From the NCBI GenBank assembly GCA_947625645.1, contig CANQPE010000001.1, positions 10,978 to 74,977 of the forward strand: 64,000 bases of DNA, read 5' to 3'. Under the pieces are notes generated by a model. The model was not told the origin of the DNA, did no database searches, and saw only the letters and a list, made by a program, of their open reading frames with translations. Position numbers and translations under genes: made by a program. Every line of letters starts with the position of its first letter. Position 1 is the stretch's first letter. This DNA comes from an uncultured Clostridia bacterium. GTDB taxonomy: Bacteria > Bacillota > Clostridia > TANB77 > CAG-508. Below are positions 46,497-55,458 of the stretch, piece by piece.

Positions 46497-47751
46497 TTAC
46501 TTTATGTCACCTATCATCACAAGGTCTGTTGGTTGCTTAATTGGATGATTTGAATAAATTGTCATTATATTTTCTCCTATATTTACCATATCGCCTACTT
46601 TTTTATGTAAAACAATTCCCACTTGCCTATCAATCTCATCTTCTTTTTTGATTCTTCCTGCCCCTAATGCACATACATATTTTGCAATTGTATCTGCTGG
46701 TAGTTCTTGAATGATTCCTGCTTTTTTGCTTACCACAGATTCTATATATTTTGCTCTTTCAAATTTTTCTAGATGTTCTATATACTGTATGTTCCCTCCT
46801 TGTTGCTTTACCATTTGTAAAAACTTTTGATATCCTGCGCCATTTTTGATTTGTGCTAGCATATTCTGCTTATTTTTTTCAATGTCTTCACCTAGCCCTG
46901 CCAACTTTATCATATTGGCACCTAATGCCAATACAACTTGTTTTAAGTCTTGTGCCATTTCCTCTCCCTTTAAAAATTTAACAGTTTCAATAATTTCTAA
47001 GGTATTTCCGGACACTATAACCTAAAGGTTGCTCCATGCTTGTTAATATATATTGTGTTTCGCGATTTGCTAGCGCTCCAATTCTAACCATTTGCTCTGC
47101 TAACTGCTTTGCACGTTCCTTTGTTTTCATAAAGGCCCCTCTGCCATATGTAACTTCTAACATAATTTTCTGTGCGCCACTTGCTATCTTTTTGCTCATG
47201 ACACTAGAAGCAATGAGTGGAATACTTTCTACACAACTAATGCTATCACGTAAAGCATATATTTTTTTATCTGCTGGTGCTAAATTTTGGGTCTGCGAAA
47301 TCATACTAATCCCAATTTTCTTTACATTTTGAATGAATTCTTCTTCTGATAGTTCGACTCGATACCCAGGAATTGCTTCTAATTTATCTAACGTTCCTCC
47401 CGTAAATCCTAGCCCTCTTCCTGACATCTTTGCCACTTTAACGCCTAAAGAACTAATTAAAGGTAATAAAATTAAAGAAACTTTATCTCCTACGCCCCCT
47501 GTGGAATGTTTATCCACAATCGTTCCCCCAATTGTAGACAAATCTAACAAATCCCCTGACTCAGCCATTTCCATTGTGAAATGGAACTGTTCTTCGTCTG
47601 TCATTCCATTTAAATAAATTGCCATAATGAGCGCTGCTGCTTGGTAATCTGTTATGTCTCCTTTGGTATAACCTTTCATAAAAAAAGCAATTTCTGATCT
47701 TGTTAATACGTTTTTATCTCTTTTCTTTTGGATAATTTCTAAAATATTCAT
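46497..47751 (-). pseudogene. pdp: Pyrimidine-nucleoside phosphorylase, split into two overlapping ORFs at CGG 47010..47008
   Basis: N-terminal ORF has ..DKHSTGGVGDK... C-terminal ORF starts ..NTLEIIETVKFLKG... At the junction, ..EQPLGYSV-CGG gives RKYLRNY* in the 0 frame. The +1 frame gives GNTLEIIE.., matching the conserved PLGxxxGN(A/T)LE motif. Confidence 0.9.
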
Positions 47752-47760
47752 CTACTTCTC

Positions 47761-48384
47761 CTATATATTTTTTGTAAAACTTCTTCTATGAATGGGTGTT
47801 AAACCATATTCACGAATTGCCTGCATATGCATTTTGGTTCCATACCCTTTATGTTGCATAAACCCATACTCTGGATAAACAGCATCCCATTCTCGCATAA
47901 TTCTATCTCTTGTTACTTTAGCAATAATAGATGCTGCTGCAATACAATAACATTTGGCATCTCCTTTGATAATTGCTTCATAGGGAATGCCTTTTGTTTG
48001 AATATGTTCAAGTGCATCTACTAAAATTAAGTCAGGCTCTACTTTCATTCCTTCTACCACTTCAGTTACCCCTTGTTTGGTCGCATTCAAAATATTGATT
48101 TCATCAATTACATCTTGTCCAATGATTGCAACAGAATAACTGACTGCCTCTTGTAAAATTAGGTCATACAGCTTTTCTCTTTTCTTCTCAGATACTTTTT
48201 TTGAGTCATTCACTCCTTCTATCATAGAATCTTGTGGCATAATAACCCCTGCTACTACTACTGGACCTGCCAATGGTCCTCTTCCTGCTTCATCAATTCC
48301 ACATATATTTTTGAACCCTTTGTTATGTAGTTGTGTTTCCATTTCTTTTAGTATGGTTAATCGTTCCATTTCTTTTTCTTTCAT
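47761..48384 (-). CDS. rnhB: Ribonuclease HII
   Basis: 207 aa. GIDEAGRGPLAGPVV, DSKK, ASIIAK. Confidence 0.9.
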   Translation of the reverse strand: MKEKEMERLTILKEMETQLHNKGFKNICGIDEAGRGPLAGPVVVAGVIMPQDSMIEGVNDSKKVSEKKREKLYDLILQEAVSYSVAIIGQDVIDEINILNATKQGVTEVVEGMKVEPDLILVDALEHIQTKGIPYEAIIKGDAKCYCIAAASIIAKVTRDRIMREWDAVYPEYGFMQHKGYGTKMHMQAIREYGLTPIHRRSFTKNI

Positions 48385-48402
48385 TTTTTTCCTCTTTTTA
48401 AT

Positions 48403-48957
48403 TTATACATTGATATCTCTAAAATCATCTAATAAATATTTAATTTGTTTATTTTCTAGTTGTACTCCATAAGTATGATAAATCTTTACAGTAGCTTCTT
48501 CTATATTATATACAATGATATACCAGCCTTTTTCGTCATTTGATTCTACGTTGTTAATGTTCATAGCTTGTAAATCTTCAGAAGTTAATTTAAACACATT
48601 TCCCTTATTGATTTCGTCTGAGCTAATTCCTATATCTGGCAATTTACTCGCCAAAAATTCTATAGGAGATACTTGCGTTCCTTTTAATTCACTTCTTGCT
48701 TTGTCTTTCATTTCTTGGGTTGCTTCGTTTGGTTTAATTCCTAAATCAAAATTGGCATTTTCTACATATTCTTTGGCTTTGACTTCAATTAACAACATAT
48801 TGGTTTTAGTATTTTGAAATGTTGCAATTTTAATGGCTTCTTTTCCATAATTAACTCCAATCATGATTAAAATAATTAATATAATAATCGTAATAACCAA
48901 CACCATTAGTGTAATTCCTCTATCATTTTTTCTTAAGCTTTCTTTCATTTGATTCAC
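48403..48957 (-). CDS. Small protein with a pilin-like N-terminus (GITLMVLVITIIILI)
   Basis: 184 aa. The leader MNQMKESLRKNDRGITLMVLV.. is of the same type as paralogues 1 and 3. There is no FGE-like domain. Confidence 0.45.
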   Translation of the reverse strand: MNQMKESLRKNDRGITLMVLVITIIILIILIMIGVNYGKEAIKIATFQNTKTNMLLIEVKAKEYVENANFDLGIKPNEATQEMKDKARSELKGTQVSPIEFLASKLPDIGISSDEINKGNVFKLTSEDLQAMNINNVESNDEKGWYIIVYNIEEATVKIYHTYGVQLENKQIKYLLDDFRDINV

Positions 48958-49189
48958 ATTCCCTTCTCATTGGAAAAGATTTTCCTTTTTTTATTTATTA
49001 TATACGGAAAATCATTTTTTTTCAATAGAATTTGTATCGAAATTTTAGTTTTTTTGTAACAATGGATTTTTCTGAAAAAGCTTTAAATTGTAACATTTTT
49101 TTCACACAATTTTCACATAAATATTGTATTGTAATTATAAATTAAATATGATACAATAAGTATCAAATAAAACTAGGGAGGAATTTTCG

Positions 49190-50446
49190 ATGGAAGAAAA
49201 TGAAAATCAAAATAAAACAACTAATTTTAGGACTGTAGCTAGTTCAAATCCTTATAACGTTAAAAGAGTGCAATCTGGATTTGGAAAAAGCGTTGTGTTA
49301 CCATTTTTTAGTGGTGTATTAGGGTGTGCCGTTGTCATTGGAACCTGTTTTGGTGTTCCTTCAATTCGCTCACAAATTTTGAAAGTTAATTCTAATACAT
49401 CCATCAATAGCACATCATCTAATACGGCAAAATCAGATGGTTATGTATCACAAGTTGGCTTGACCAACTATTCTGATACTGCTGTCTATGCAGCAAATAA
49501 AATATTGCCTTCAATTGTGGGAATTAAAATTGAATACACCGTAAACAATTCCATGCTTCAATTGTTTGGTAGGTCTAGTACTTCCACTGCTACTGCATCC
49601 GGTTCTGGTATTATCATCAGTGAAGATGGTTACATTTTAACCAATAACCATGTTGTTTCCAATTCTTCTGATTCTTCAAATTCTTATTATCAAGTTTCAG
49701 AAGCAACAAAATTAACCGTTACCCTATTTAATGATGAAACAGAATATGAAGCAAAAATTGTTGGTAAAGATGAACAAACTGATTTAGCTGTTATTAAAAT
49801 TGAAAAAACTGGTCTAGCCAAAGCTGAATTTGCTGATTCTGATTCTATTAAAGTTGGTGAATTTGCCATGGCTGTTGGCAACCCAATTGGTATGCAAAGT
49901 AGTGTAACTTGTGGAATTGTTAGTGCTGTTAATCGAGAAGTAACCGATTCTGAAGGGAAAAAATACACGCTTATTCAAACAGATGCTGCTATTAATTCTG
50001 GAAACAGTGGTGGTGCTTTAGTGAATAGTGAAGGAAAAGTAATTGGTATTAATACTTTAAAACTTTCTGGAACGGGAATTGAAGGAATGGGATTTGCTAT
50101 TCCAATTAATTCTACAACGGATATTACTTCACAATTAATAGAATATAGCAAAGTAAAACGTCCTTATATTGGAATTTCTGGAATTGATTTAGATGAAGAA
50201 ACTGCTAAAACTTACCATTTAGTCATTGGTGTGTATGTTAAAACAGTAGAAGATTTTTCTAGTGCTGAAAAAGCTGGCATAAAACCTGGTGATGTTATTA
50301 TTGAGGCAGATGGCACTAAGATTACAAAAATGGATGACTTAAATAAAATTAAAAATTCTCATAAAATTGGTGATGAAATGCATTTGAAAGTAAACCGTGA
50401 CGGGCAAGAAAAAGACATTACCGTTACTTTAGGCGAACAACCTTAA
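49190..50446 (+). CDS. htrA: HtrA/DegP-family serine protease (TM anchor, S1C protease, PDZ)
   Basis: LTNNHVV (His), TDLAVIKI (Asp), GNSGGALVN (Ser), and a C-terminal PDZ (GIKPGDVIIEADG). Confidence 0.9.
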   Translation: MEENENQNKTTNFRTVASSNPYNVKRVQSGFGKSVVLPFFSGVLGCAVVIGTCFGVPSIRSQILKVNSNTSINSTSSNTAKSDGYVSQVGLTNYSDTAVYAANKILPSIVGIKIEYTVNNSMLQLFGRSSTSTATASGSGIIISEDGYILTNNHVVSNSSDSSNSYYQVSEATKLTVTLFNDETEYEAKIVGKDEQTDLAVIKIEKTGLAKAEFADSDSIKVGEFAMAVGNPIGMQSSVTCGIVSAVNREVTDSEGKKYTLIQTDAAINSGNSGGALVNSEGKVIGINTLKLSGTGIEGMGFAIPINSTTDITSQLIEYSKVKRPYIGISGIDLDEETAKTYHLVIGVYVKTVEDFSSAEKAGIKPGDVIIEADGTKITKMDDLNKIKNSHKIGDEMHLKVNRDGQEKDITVTLGEQP

Positions 50447-50553
50447 GGCGTTTAAATTTTCACTTTGAGTTCACACAATGGACAAAAAGTCCAAGTATAA
50501 TACATTTAAATCAGTATTAAAAACTGATAATAACATCCCCTTTTATTTTCATA

Positions 50554-50589
50554 AAGAATTTTCTAGTACATCTAGAAAATTCTTTTTTG
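50554..50589 (+). terminator. Rho-independent terminator after htrA
   Basis: 13-bp stem aagaattttctag / ctagaaaattctt with a 5-nt loop, followed by TTTTG. Confidence 0.7.
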
Positions 50590-50597
50590 TTGCATTC

Positions 50598-51434
50598 TTA
50601 TAATATCACTAAATCCATATCGCTTGTTTCGGCCTCATTTTCATAGCTATATATCATATATAATTTTCCGTTACGTAAAAAGAATTGTTTTGTATTTTCA
50701 ATTTTATATATGTCTGAATTACTATCCCTTACATAAATAGAATATCCCAGTTCTTGTAAGTTTTTTGAATTTTGTTCTTGTTTTTGTATCTCTTCTCGAA
50801 TTTTATTTTGTATTTCATTTGCATCATATTGCAATTTTTCAATCATTTCTTGTAAGTTAATTCTCTTCTTGGCTTGTAGATCATATTGATAGGTATCTAT
50901 TTTGGCCTGTTGTGGAACATTTCCTTGTTTTAAGGTGGAACGAATGATTAAAAATAAGACATCCTTTTCTATAAAAGAAACATATTCAACAGCATAAATT
51001 GTTTGATTTTCTTGTGTATTTAAAATTTCGTTTACTTGTTGTTTATACATTTTTGCAATCTCTTGATTCATTGCATTTACTGTTTCATCTGGCATATTAA
51101 ACTGCGGAATGTGTATATCTAATGTGTATGTCCCTGCTTTATTTTCTTGCCTTTCATAACTTGTAAACACAAGGTCTTTTCCTTCCTCTTTTTTTACAAC
51201 ATCTTGTACTTCTCCAATAAATTGATTGGTAAACATATTTTCAAATTCTGTTTTTAATCTTAGCAGTTCCTCTTCTGTCGCAAGTTCAATTTTATTTTTA
51301 GGAAAAACACTTTCTCCTAAAAATTGCATTGTGATGATAATAATTAATGATATAATACATATCACAATAGATAGTATATATAATGTCATATCTCTTTTTC
51401 TAATTTTAAATTGTTTTGGTAATACTACATTCAT
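50598..51434 (-). CDS. Hypothetical membrane-anchored protein (possibly DUF4163/DUF3298-like)
   Basis: 278 aa with an N-terminal TM segment. Only weak family resemblance. Confidence 0.35.
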   Translation of the reverse strand: MNVVLPKQFKIRKRDMTLYILSIVICIISLIIIITMQFLGESVFPKNKIELATEEELLRLKTEFENMFTNQFIGEVQDVVKKEEGKDLVFTSYERQENKAGTYTLDIHIPQFNMPDETVNAMNQEIAKMYKQQVNEILNTQENQTIYAVEYVSFIEKDVLFLIIRSTLKQGNVPQQAKIDTYQYDLQAKKRINLQEMIEKLQYDANEIQNKIREEIQKQEQNSKNLQELGYSIYVRDSNSDIYKIENTKQFFLRNGKLYMIYSYENEAETSDMDLVIL

Positions 51435-51619
51435 TGATTTCTCCTTTTCCTTCTGTCTATTATACCACTTTTTTACAAATTGGTCAATGTTTCTGTATTA
51501 TATTTACAAACTTTTATTTGATATTCTTATTTTTTGTTGTATATTTTTATTAACTACAATTCACAGCTGTAGAATTGTAACTTAATTGTGTATATTATGT
51601 TAAAATTCTCTTTATTTTA

Positions 51620-51648
51620 TTGACTATTTCATAAATTTGAGGTATGAT
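51620..51648 (+). promoter_or_regulatory. Sigma-A-type promoter for clpE
   Basis: TTGACT (51620-25), 17-nt spacer, TATGAT (51643-48). Confidence 0.5.
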
Positions 51649-51687
51649 ATATATGTTAAATTAAAAAGAAATGAGGAATTAAAAATT

Positions 51688-54060
51688 ATGTTATGTTCAA
51701 AATGTCATAAAAACCCTTCTATTTTATTCTTTGAGAAAAATCCAAAAACAAAAGAATTAGAAGGTCTATGCTATAGTTGCGCAAAAAAACAAGGAATTGA
51801 CCCTGCTGAAACATTGTCAAGGCAACATGATATTATATCAAATGATACCATGAGTGTAGAAGACATGAGAAAACAGTTTGAAATCATTTTCAAAGATTTA
51901 GCAGAAAATATCAATCTAGAAGATTTAGAAAAATTAGACAATTCTATTACTTTCAATTCAGACGATTTTTCTGAGGGTGATCCAGATATGCCAAAATTTG
52001 CTGGTGCTGCCATTCCATTGGGAAGTCTTTTTTCTGGAATGTTTGGTAATCCTGCTATTTCTAATTCAGATACCTCTGGAAATCCGAAAAAAAAGGTAAG
52101 AATTGAAAGAAAGAAAACGCAAAACCAAAAACAGCAACAACAACCTAAAAAGAAAAAATACTTGGATGCTTTTGGAACCAATCTTACCGTAAAAGCAAAA
52201 AATGGAGAATTAGATGTGATTATTGGTCGTGACAAAGAGATTCAAAGAATTGTGCAAATTTTAAACCGACGCTCTAAAAATAATCCATGCTTAATTGGGG
52301 AACCTGGTGTTGGTAAAACTGCTATTGCTCAAGGATTAGCTATTAAAATTGCCAACCAAAATGTTCCTGCAAAATTATTAAATAAAGAAGTTTATTTGTT
52401 AGATATGACTTCTGTGATTGCTGGAACACAATTTAGAGGGCAATTTGAATCACGTATGAAAGGCATTATTGATGAGTGTAAGCAATTTGGTAACATTATC
52501 TTAGTTATTGACGAAATTCATAATATTATTGGTGCTGGTGATGGTGAACACTCTATGAATGCAGCTAATATTTTAAAACCTGCCTTATCCAATGGTGAAG
52601 TACAGTTGATTGGCACAACGACTTTAAAAGAATACCGTAAATACATAGAAAAAGATTCTGCTTTAGAGCGTAGATTTCAACAAGTATTCGTAGAAGAACC
52701 CAATGTGGATGATTCTGTTAATATTTTGGAGGGAATTAAAAAATATTACGAAGAATATCATAAAGTAAAAATTTCATCTGATGTTATAAAGCAAACGGTT
52801 ATCATGTCTGAAAAATACATTCATGACCGCTTTTTACCAGACAAGGCTATTGATATCTTAGATGAAGCTTGTTCTCGTATTAACTTAGAAAATAAAGATT
52901 TATACCGATTAGAAATGCTAAAAAAAGAATTGGCTGACGTACAAGCTGAAAAAGAAGAAGTAGTAGCTGCAGATTCTACTGAAGATTACCAAAAAGCAGC
53001 TGACTTAAAAACAAGAGAATGTCAATTAATTGAACAAATTGATGGTTTAAATAAAAAAATGCAGTTAAAAAATCTAACTGTTCAAGATATTGCCACGGTT
53101 ATTGAAAGTTGGACCAAAATTCCTGTTAAAAAAATTACGGAAGCCGAAACACAAAAGTTATTAAATTTAGAAACCAATCTTCATAAGAGAATTATTGGTC
53201 AAGAGCAAGCTGTTAGTAGTGTTGCACGAGCCATTCGCAGAAATCGTGCTGGATTGCAAAGTACCAAACGTCCCCCTTCATTCATTTTTGTAGGACCTAC
53301 TGGTGTGGGAAAAACAGAACTTGCAAAAAGTTTAGCTTATGAAATGTTTGGAAAAGAAGATGCTCTCATTCGTATTGATATGTCTGAATACATGGAAAGC
53401 CATTCTACTTCTAAATTGATTGGAGCACCTCCTGGTTATGTAGGCTATGATGATGCTGGACAATTAACTGATAAAGTAAAGAGAAAACCTTATTCCATTA
53501 TCTTGTTAGATGAAATTGAAAAAGCGCATCCTGATGTTTTCAATATTCTACTTCAAGTATTAGATGATGGAAAATTGACAGATAGCCAAGGAAATTCTGT
53601 TAGCTTTTCAAATACCATTATCATTATGACTTCAAATGCTGGTTCTCACCTTAACAACAATTCTATTGGGTTTGGAAAGCAGACAGTTGATAAAAGTAAA
53701 ATTGAAGATAATTTGAAAACTACCTTTCGACCTGAATTTTTAAACCGTATTGACGAAATTGTGGTGTTTGATTCTTTATCTGAAAAAGAACTATTGCAAA
53801 TTATTGATTTGATGTTACATGATACCATGAAAGCTTTGCAGGAAAAAGATATTACTATGAAAATTTCTGATGCTGCAAAACATTTTATTTTAGAAAAAGG
53901 TACAAATATTAAATTTGGAGCTAGGCCTTTAAGGAGAGCCATTCAAAAATATATAGAAGATGAGATTTCTGAAAAAATCTTAAAAGGCGAAATTGTAAAT
54001 GGTCAAACTGTAGAAATAGATTTTACAAACTGTGAATTAACGTTCCATACCCTAAATTAA
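51688..54060 (+). CDS. clpE: ATP-dependent Clp protease ATP-binding subunit ClpE (N-terminal zinc finger, two AAA+ modules)
   Basis: [10 protein letters not shown]...CYSCAKK zinc ribbon. Two Walker A boxes ([18 protein letters not shown]). UVR-like linker. I place the start at ATG 51688 after GAGGA; the listed TTG at 51637 lies in the promoter. Confidence 0.85.
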   Translation: MLCSKCHKNPSILFFEKNPKTKELEGLCYSCAKKQGIDPAETLSRQHDIISNDTMSVEDMRKQFEIIFKDLAENINLEDLEKLDNSITFNSDDFSEGDPDMPKFAGAAIPLGSLFSGMFGNPAISNSDTSGNPKKKVRIERKKTQNQKQQQQPKKKKYLDAFGTNLTVKAKNGELDVIIGRDKEIQRIVQILNRRSKNNPCLIGEPGVGKTAIAQGLAIKIANQNVPAKLLNKEVYLLDMTSVIAGTQFRGQFESRMKGIIDECKQFGNIILVIDEIHNIIGAGDGEHSMNAANILKPALSNGEVQLIGTTTLKEYRKYIEKDSALERRFQQVFVEEPNVDDSVNILEGIKKYYEEYHKVKISSDVIKQTVIMSEKYIHDRFLPDKAIDILDEACSRINLENKDLYRLEMLKKELADVQAEKEEVVAADSTEDYQKAADLKTRECQLIEQIDGLNKKMQLKNLTVQDIATVIESWTKIPVKKITEAETQKLLNLETNLHKRIIGQEQAVSSVARAIRRNRAGLQSTKRPPSFIFVGPTGVGKTELAKSLAYEMFGKEDALIRIDMSEYMESHSTSKLIGAPPGYVGYDDAGQLTDKVKRKPYSIILLDEIEKAHPDVFNILLQVLDDGKLTDSQGNSVSFSNTIIIMTSNAGSHLNNNSIGFGKQTVDKSKIEDNLKTTFRPEFLNRIDEIVVFDSLSEKELLQIIDLMLHDTMKALQEKDITMKISDAAKHFILEKGTNIKFGARPLRRAIQKYIEDEISEKILKGEIVNGQTVEIDFTNCELTFHTLN

Positions 54061-54080
54061 AATTTTAGATTTTAAACATG

Positions 54081-54112
54081 CCAAGTTTGAATACATTCAA
54101 ACTTGGTTTGTG
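54081..54112 (+). terminator. Terminator after clpE
   Basis: 12-bp stem ccaagtttgaat / attcaaacttgg with a 2-nt loop, followed by TTTGTG (short U-tract). Confidence 0.45.
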
Positions 54113-54141
54113 CCTTACATTAGAAAGGAATGAAATAAAAA

Positions 54142-54738
54142 ATGCTAAAACATATACCCAATATACTAACGATTATCCGTTTTATATTAATCCCTATTAT
54201 TTTGTTTTTTATCTTTACAGGAAATTATATCTGTGCTTTTATCTTTTTTTCGCTATCTGGAATAACCGATATCCTAGATGGTGGAATTGCACGTAAATAT
54301 CATCTTGTTTCTACGTTTGGGAAATTAATGGACCCTCTTGCTGACAAATTAACACAAATTTCCGTCTTAGCAAGTTTGGTTTTTAAAAATATCATTCCCT
54401 TTTGGATTTTAATTATTGTGATTCTAAAAGAATTTATTATGATTATAGGGGCTTCTTTCTTATATGGAAAAGATGTTGTTGTGTATAGTAAATGGTTTGG
54501 AAAATTAGCTACAGTGCTTTTCTATTTAGCAATTGTTCTTTCCTTTATTAATACCCAGTTCCAATTTACCGGTTTTTGGGCACATTTAGATTTAGGGCTT
54601 TATTGTATTGCATTAACTGCGACTGTATTTTCTCTTGTCATGTATGTCAAATATTTATATAAAGATGGCTTTATTGATAAAAGTGACTTGAAAAAAGAAA
54701 AACAAGAAGTAGTTATTAAAAGAAAAAACAAAACCTAG
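54142..54738 (+). CDS. pgsA: CDP-diacylglycerol--glycerol-3-phosphate 3-phosphatidyltransferase
   Basis: 198 aa. CDP-alcohol phosphatidyltransferase motif DILDGGIARK..G..MDPLADK. Confidence 0.85.
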   Translation: MLKHIPNILTIIRFILIPIILFFIFTGNYICAFIFFSLSGITDILDGGIARKYHLVSTFGKLMDPLADKLTQISVLASLVFKNIIPFWILIIVILKEFIMIIGASFLYGKDVVVYSKWFGKLATVLFYLAIVLSFINTQFQFTGFWAHLDLGLYCIALTATVFSLVMYVKYLYKDGFIDKSDLKKEKQEVVIKRKNKT

Positions 54739-54770
54739 TATGTTTCTCCTTCAATCTAGGTTTTGTTTTT

Positions 54771-55385
54771 TTACTCAAAGTCTTCTATCGTCTGGTTTAA
54801 ATTTTCTTTCCCATATACTTTTAAGCCTTCTCTTATGGTTATTTTATCGGTTTCGGTTAAATAGTCTGTGGCAATTTCTGTTTTTTCGTATTCTTCTTCT
54901 CCATTTTCCCCTACAACATATACTACAATTTTTCCAGCAACCTCTCTTAATACATAATGCTCCCCACATTGTCCTTCCATGTCTTTTTCTAAAATAACTT
55001 CATTACTCGTAAATGTGGTAATCTTCCAATCACTATATAGTTCTTGTATTTGTGCCTCTGTTTTATTGACTAATTGTTGTGGTATATGATTGTACTGTCT
55101 GCTTGTATGTCCACAACCCGCATAATGTGTTTGAAACGTAAAACTACAATTAGGAGATAATTGAATTTGCTCTTGTGTATTTGCTTGCAAATTTAGCATA
55201 TTTTCATTTTGCAATGCTTCCCACTCTTCTGTACATTCATCCTCAATTTCTTCTGATATTTCTGTTTGATATTCTATTTGGTTTGCCATTTGCTGTTCAT
55301 CTCGTGTTTCAAATAGTTTGATGCCTGCCCATATTGCTGTCATTATAATCGCAACAGCAATGATTGTAATCATTACCTTTTTCAT
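54771..55385 (-). CDS. Membrane-anchored protein with a BofC C-terminal-like domain
   Basis: 204 aa. ..CGHT..ELYSDWKITTFTSNEVILEKDMEGQCGEHYVLREVAGKIVVY..ITIREGLKVYGKENLNQTIEDFE follows the BofC_C pattern. Confidence 0.45.
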   Translation of the reverse strand: MKKVMITIIAVAIIMTAIWAGIKLFETRDEQQMANQIEYQTEISEEIEDECTEEWEALQNENMLNLQANTQEQIQLSPNCSFTFQTHYAGCGHTSRQYNHIPQQLVNKTEAQIQELYSDWKITTFTSNEVILEKDMEGQCGEHYVLREVAGKIVVYVVGENGEEEYEKTEIATDYLTETDKITIREGLKVYGKENLNQTIEDFE

Positions 55386-55458
55386 TGTTCATCACATTCC
55401 TTCCTTTTGCACTACTTATTTTTTAGTAGTGTTTCCCAAATTCGGGAATGTTATACAT

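Noticed and set aside
51482-51488. A CtsR operator upstream of clpE.
   Set aside because: Only a single GGTCAAT heptad is present. The required directly repeated second heptad is absent.
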